Below, piece by piece: positions 19,319-20,000 of a DNA stretch of 20,000 bases (position 1 is its first letter; each line of letters starts with the position of its first letter). A model generated the notes under the pieces. It was not told the DNA's origin and did not search any database. It saw only the letters and a list, made by a program, of their open reading frames with translations. Source of the DNA: Spirogloea muscicola (taxonomy: Eukaryota); the NCBI GenBank assembly GCA_009602725.1, contig WELB01000001.1, positions 1,245,689-1,265,688 on the forward strand, given 5' to 3'. Position numbers and translations under genes: made by a program.

Positions 19319-20000
19319 AGCGTCGAGCGCAGCGCCATCGCCGAGGAGCTGCGAGCGGCCTTCCCGTCCCTCATCCCCTTCTTCCGCCTGGGCTACGGCC
19401 AGCCCAGCGACCTTCTATGGCGGACAGGGAGTGGCGAGATGGAGACGCTGCAGTCGAGGACGGGCACACGCCAGGGGGATCCTCTAGCAGGGTTCTTCTT
19501 CGCGCTGGCTCACAGCCGCGCTCTCAGGGCCACCGCGGCGGCGCACCCCGGCGTCCTTCTGCCGTCCTACGCCGACGACACCACGCTCGTCGGCAGCCCG
19601 GGGGAGGTCTCGGCAGCCACCGTCACCTTCCAGCAGCAGCTGGCCGCCCTTGGCATGACCATCCGCCCGGAGAAGTGTACCGCGTGGTCGCCGCGTGTCC
19701 TCCCTGCCGCCTTGCCCCTGCCGCCTGGGTGCCAAACTCCCCCAAGCGGCCTCACCATCCTTGGGGTCCCGTTCGGCACGCCAGCGTTCGTCGACGGGCA
19801 ACTGCGCGTCCGCCTTCAGGAGCACCTCCAGCCAGTGGCCCGCCTCCCCGAGCTGCAGGACATGCAGCTGGCGCTTGCCATGCTCAATCGATGCATTGTG
19901 CAGCGTCCTCACTACTTGGCGCGGACGACCCCTCCCTGCCCCGCGGTGCTGGCGGCCTACACCACATTCGACACGGGGGTCATGGAGGGCGCGGCGGCCC
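19319..20000 (+). mobile_element. Non-LTR retrotransposon reverse transcriptase ORF (CRE-like, RLE-type clade), 5'-truncated, runs off the window end
   Basis: Stop-free frame from 19319: SVERSAIAEEL...LIPFFRLGYGQPSDL...SRTGTRQGDPLAGFFFALAH (QGDP at 19472-19483)...LPSYADDTTLVG (YADD at 19568-19579)...GMTIRPEKC...LTILGVPFGTPAFV...ALAMLNRCIVQRPHYLARTTPP. These are non-LTR RT motifs, and the LGVPxG...C...R..YL.RT thumb region is typical of CRE-like elements. Missing from the ORF track because there is no stop within the window. Confidence 0.9.

Overview
Eukaryotic genomic window with a 345-nt assembly gap (234-578). It is most likely from a green-plant lineage, probably a streptophyte alga (inference from gene content, very GC-rich gene 5' ends and lower-GC gene bodies). 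Two intron-containing genes can be reconstructed, transcribed divergently. One is a 7-exon pICln/CLNS1A-like methylosome subunit on the minus strand (8121->5947, ~228 aa), whose first two introns appear to be GC-AG. The other is a 10-exon TORTIFOLIA1/SPIRAL2-like HEAT-repeat microtubule protein on the plus strand (12001->17336, ~953 aa). Most intergenic space consists of nested, 5'-truncated non-LTR retrotransposon pieces: a CRE-like RT ORF running off the right edge, several restriction-like endonuclease (RLE) C-terminal fragments, and at least 14 clear copies of a conserved 3'-terminal hairpin motif. A second, sequence-unrelated 3'-end repeat family appears to share the same hairpin/pseudoknot-like layout. 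Also present are a candidate Tc1/mariner-type MITE and a dense cluster of ACGT palindromes. No rRNA, tRNA or CRISPR was seen.
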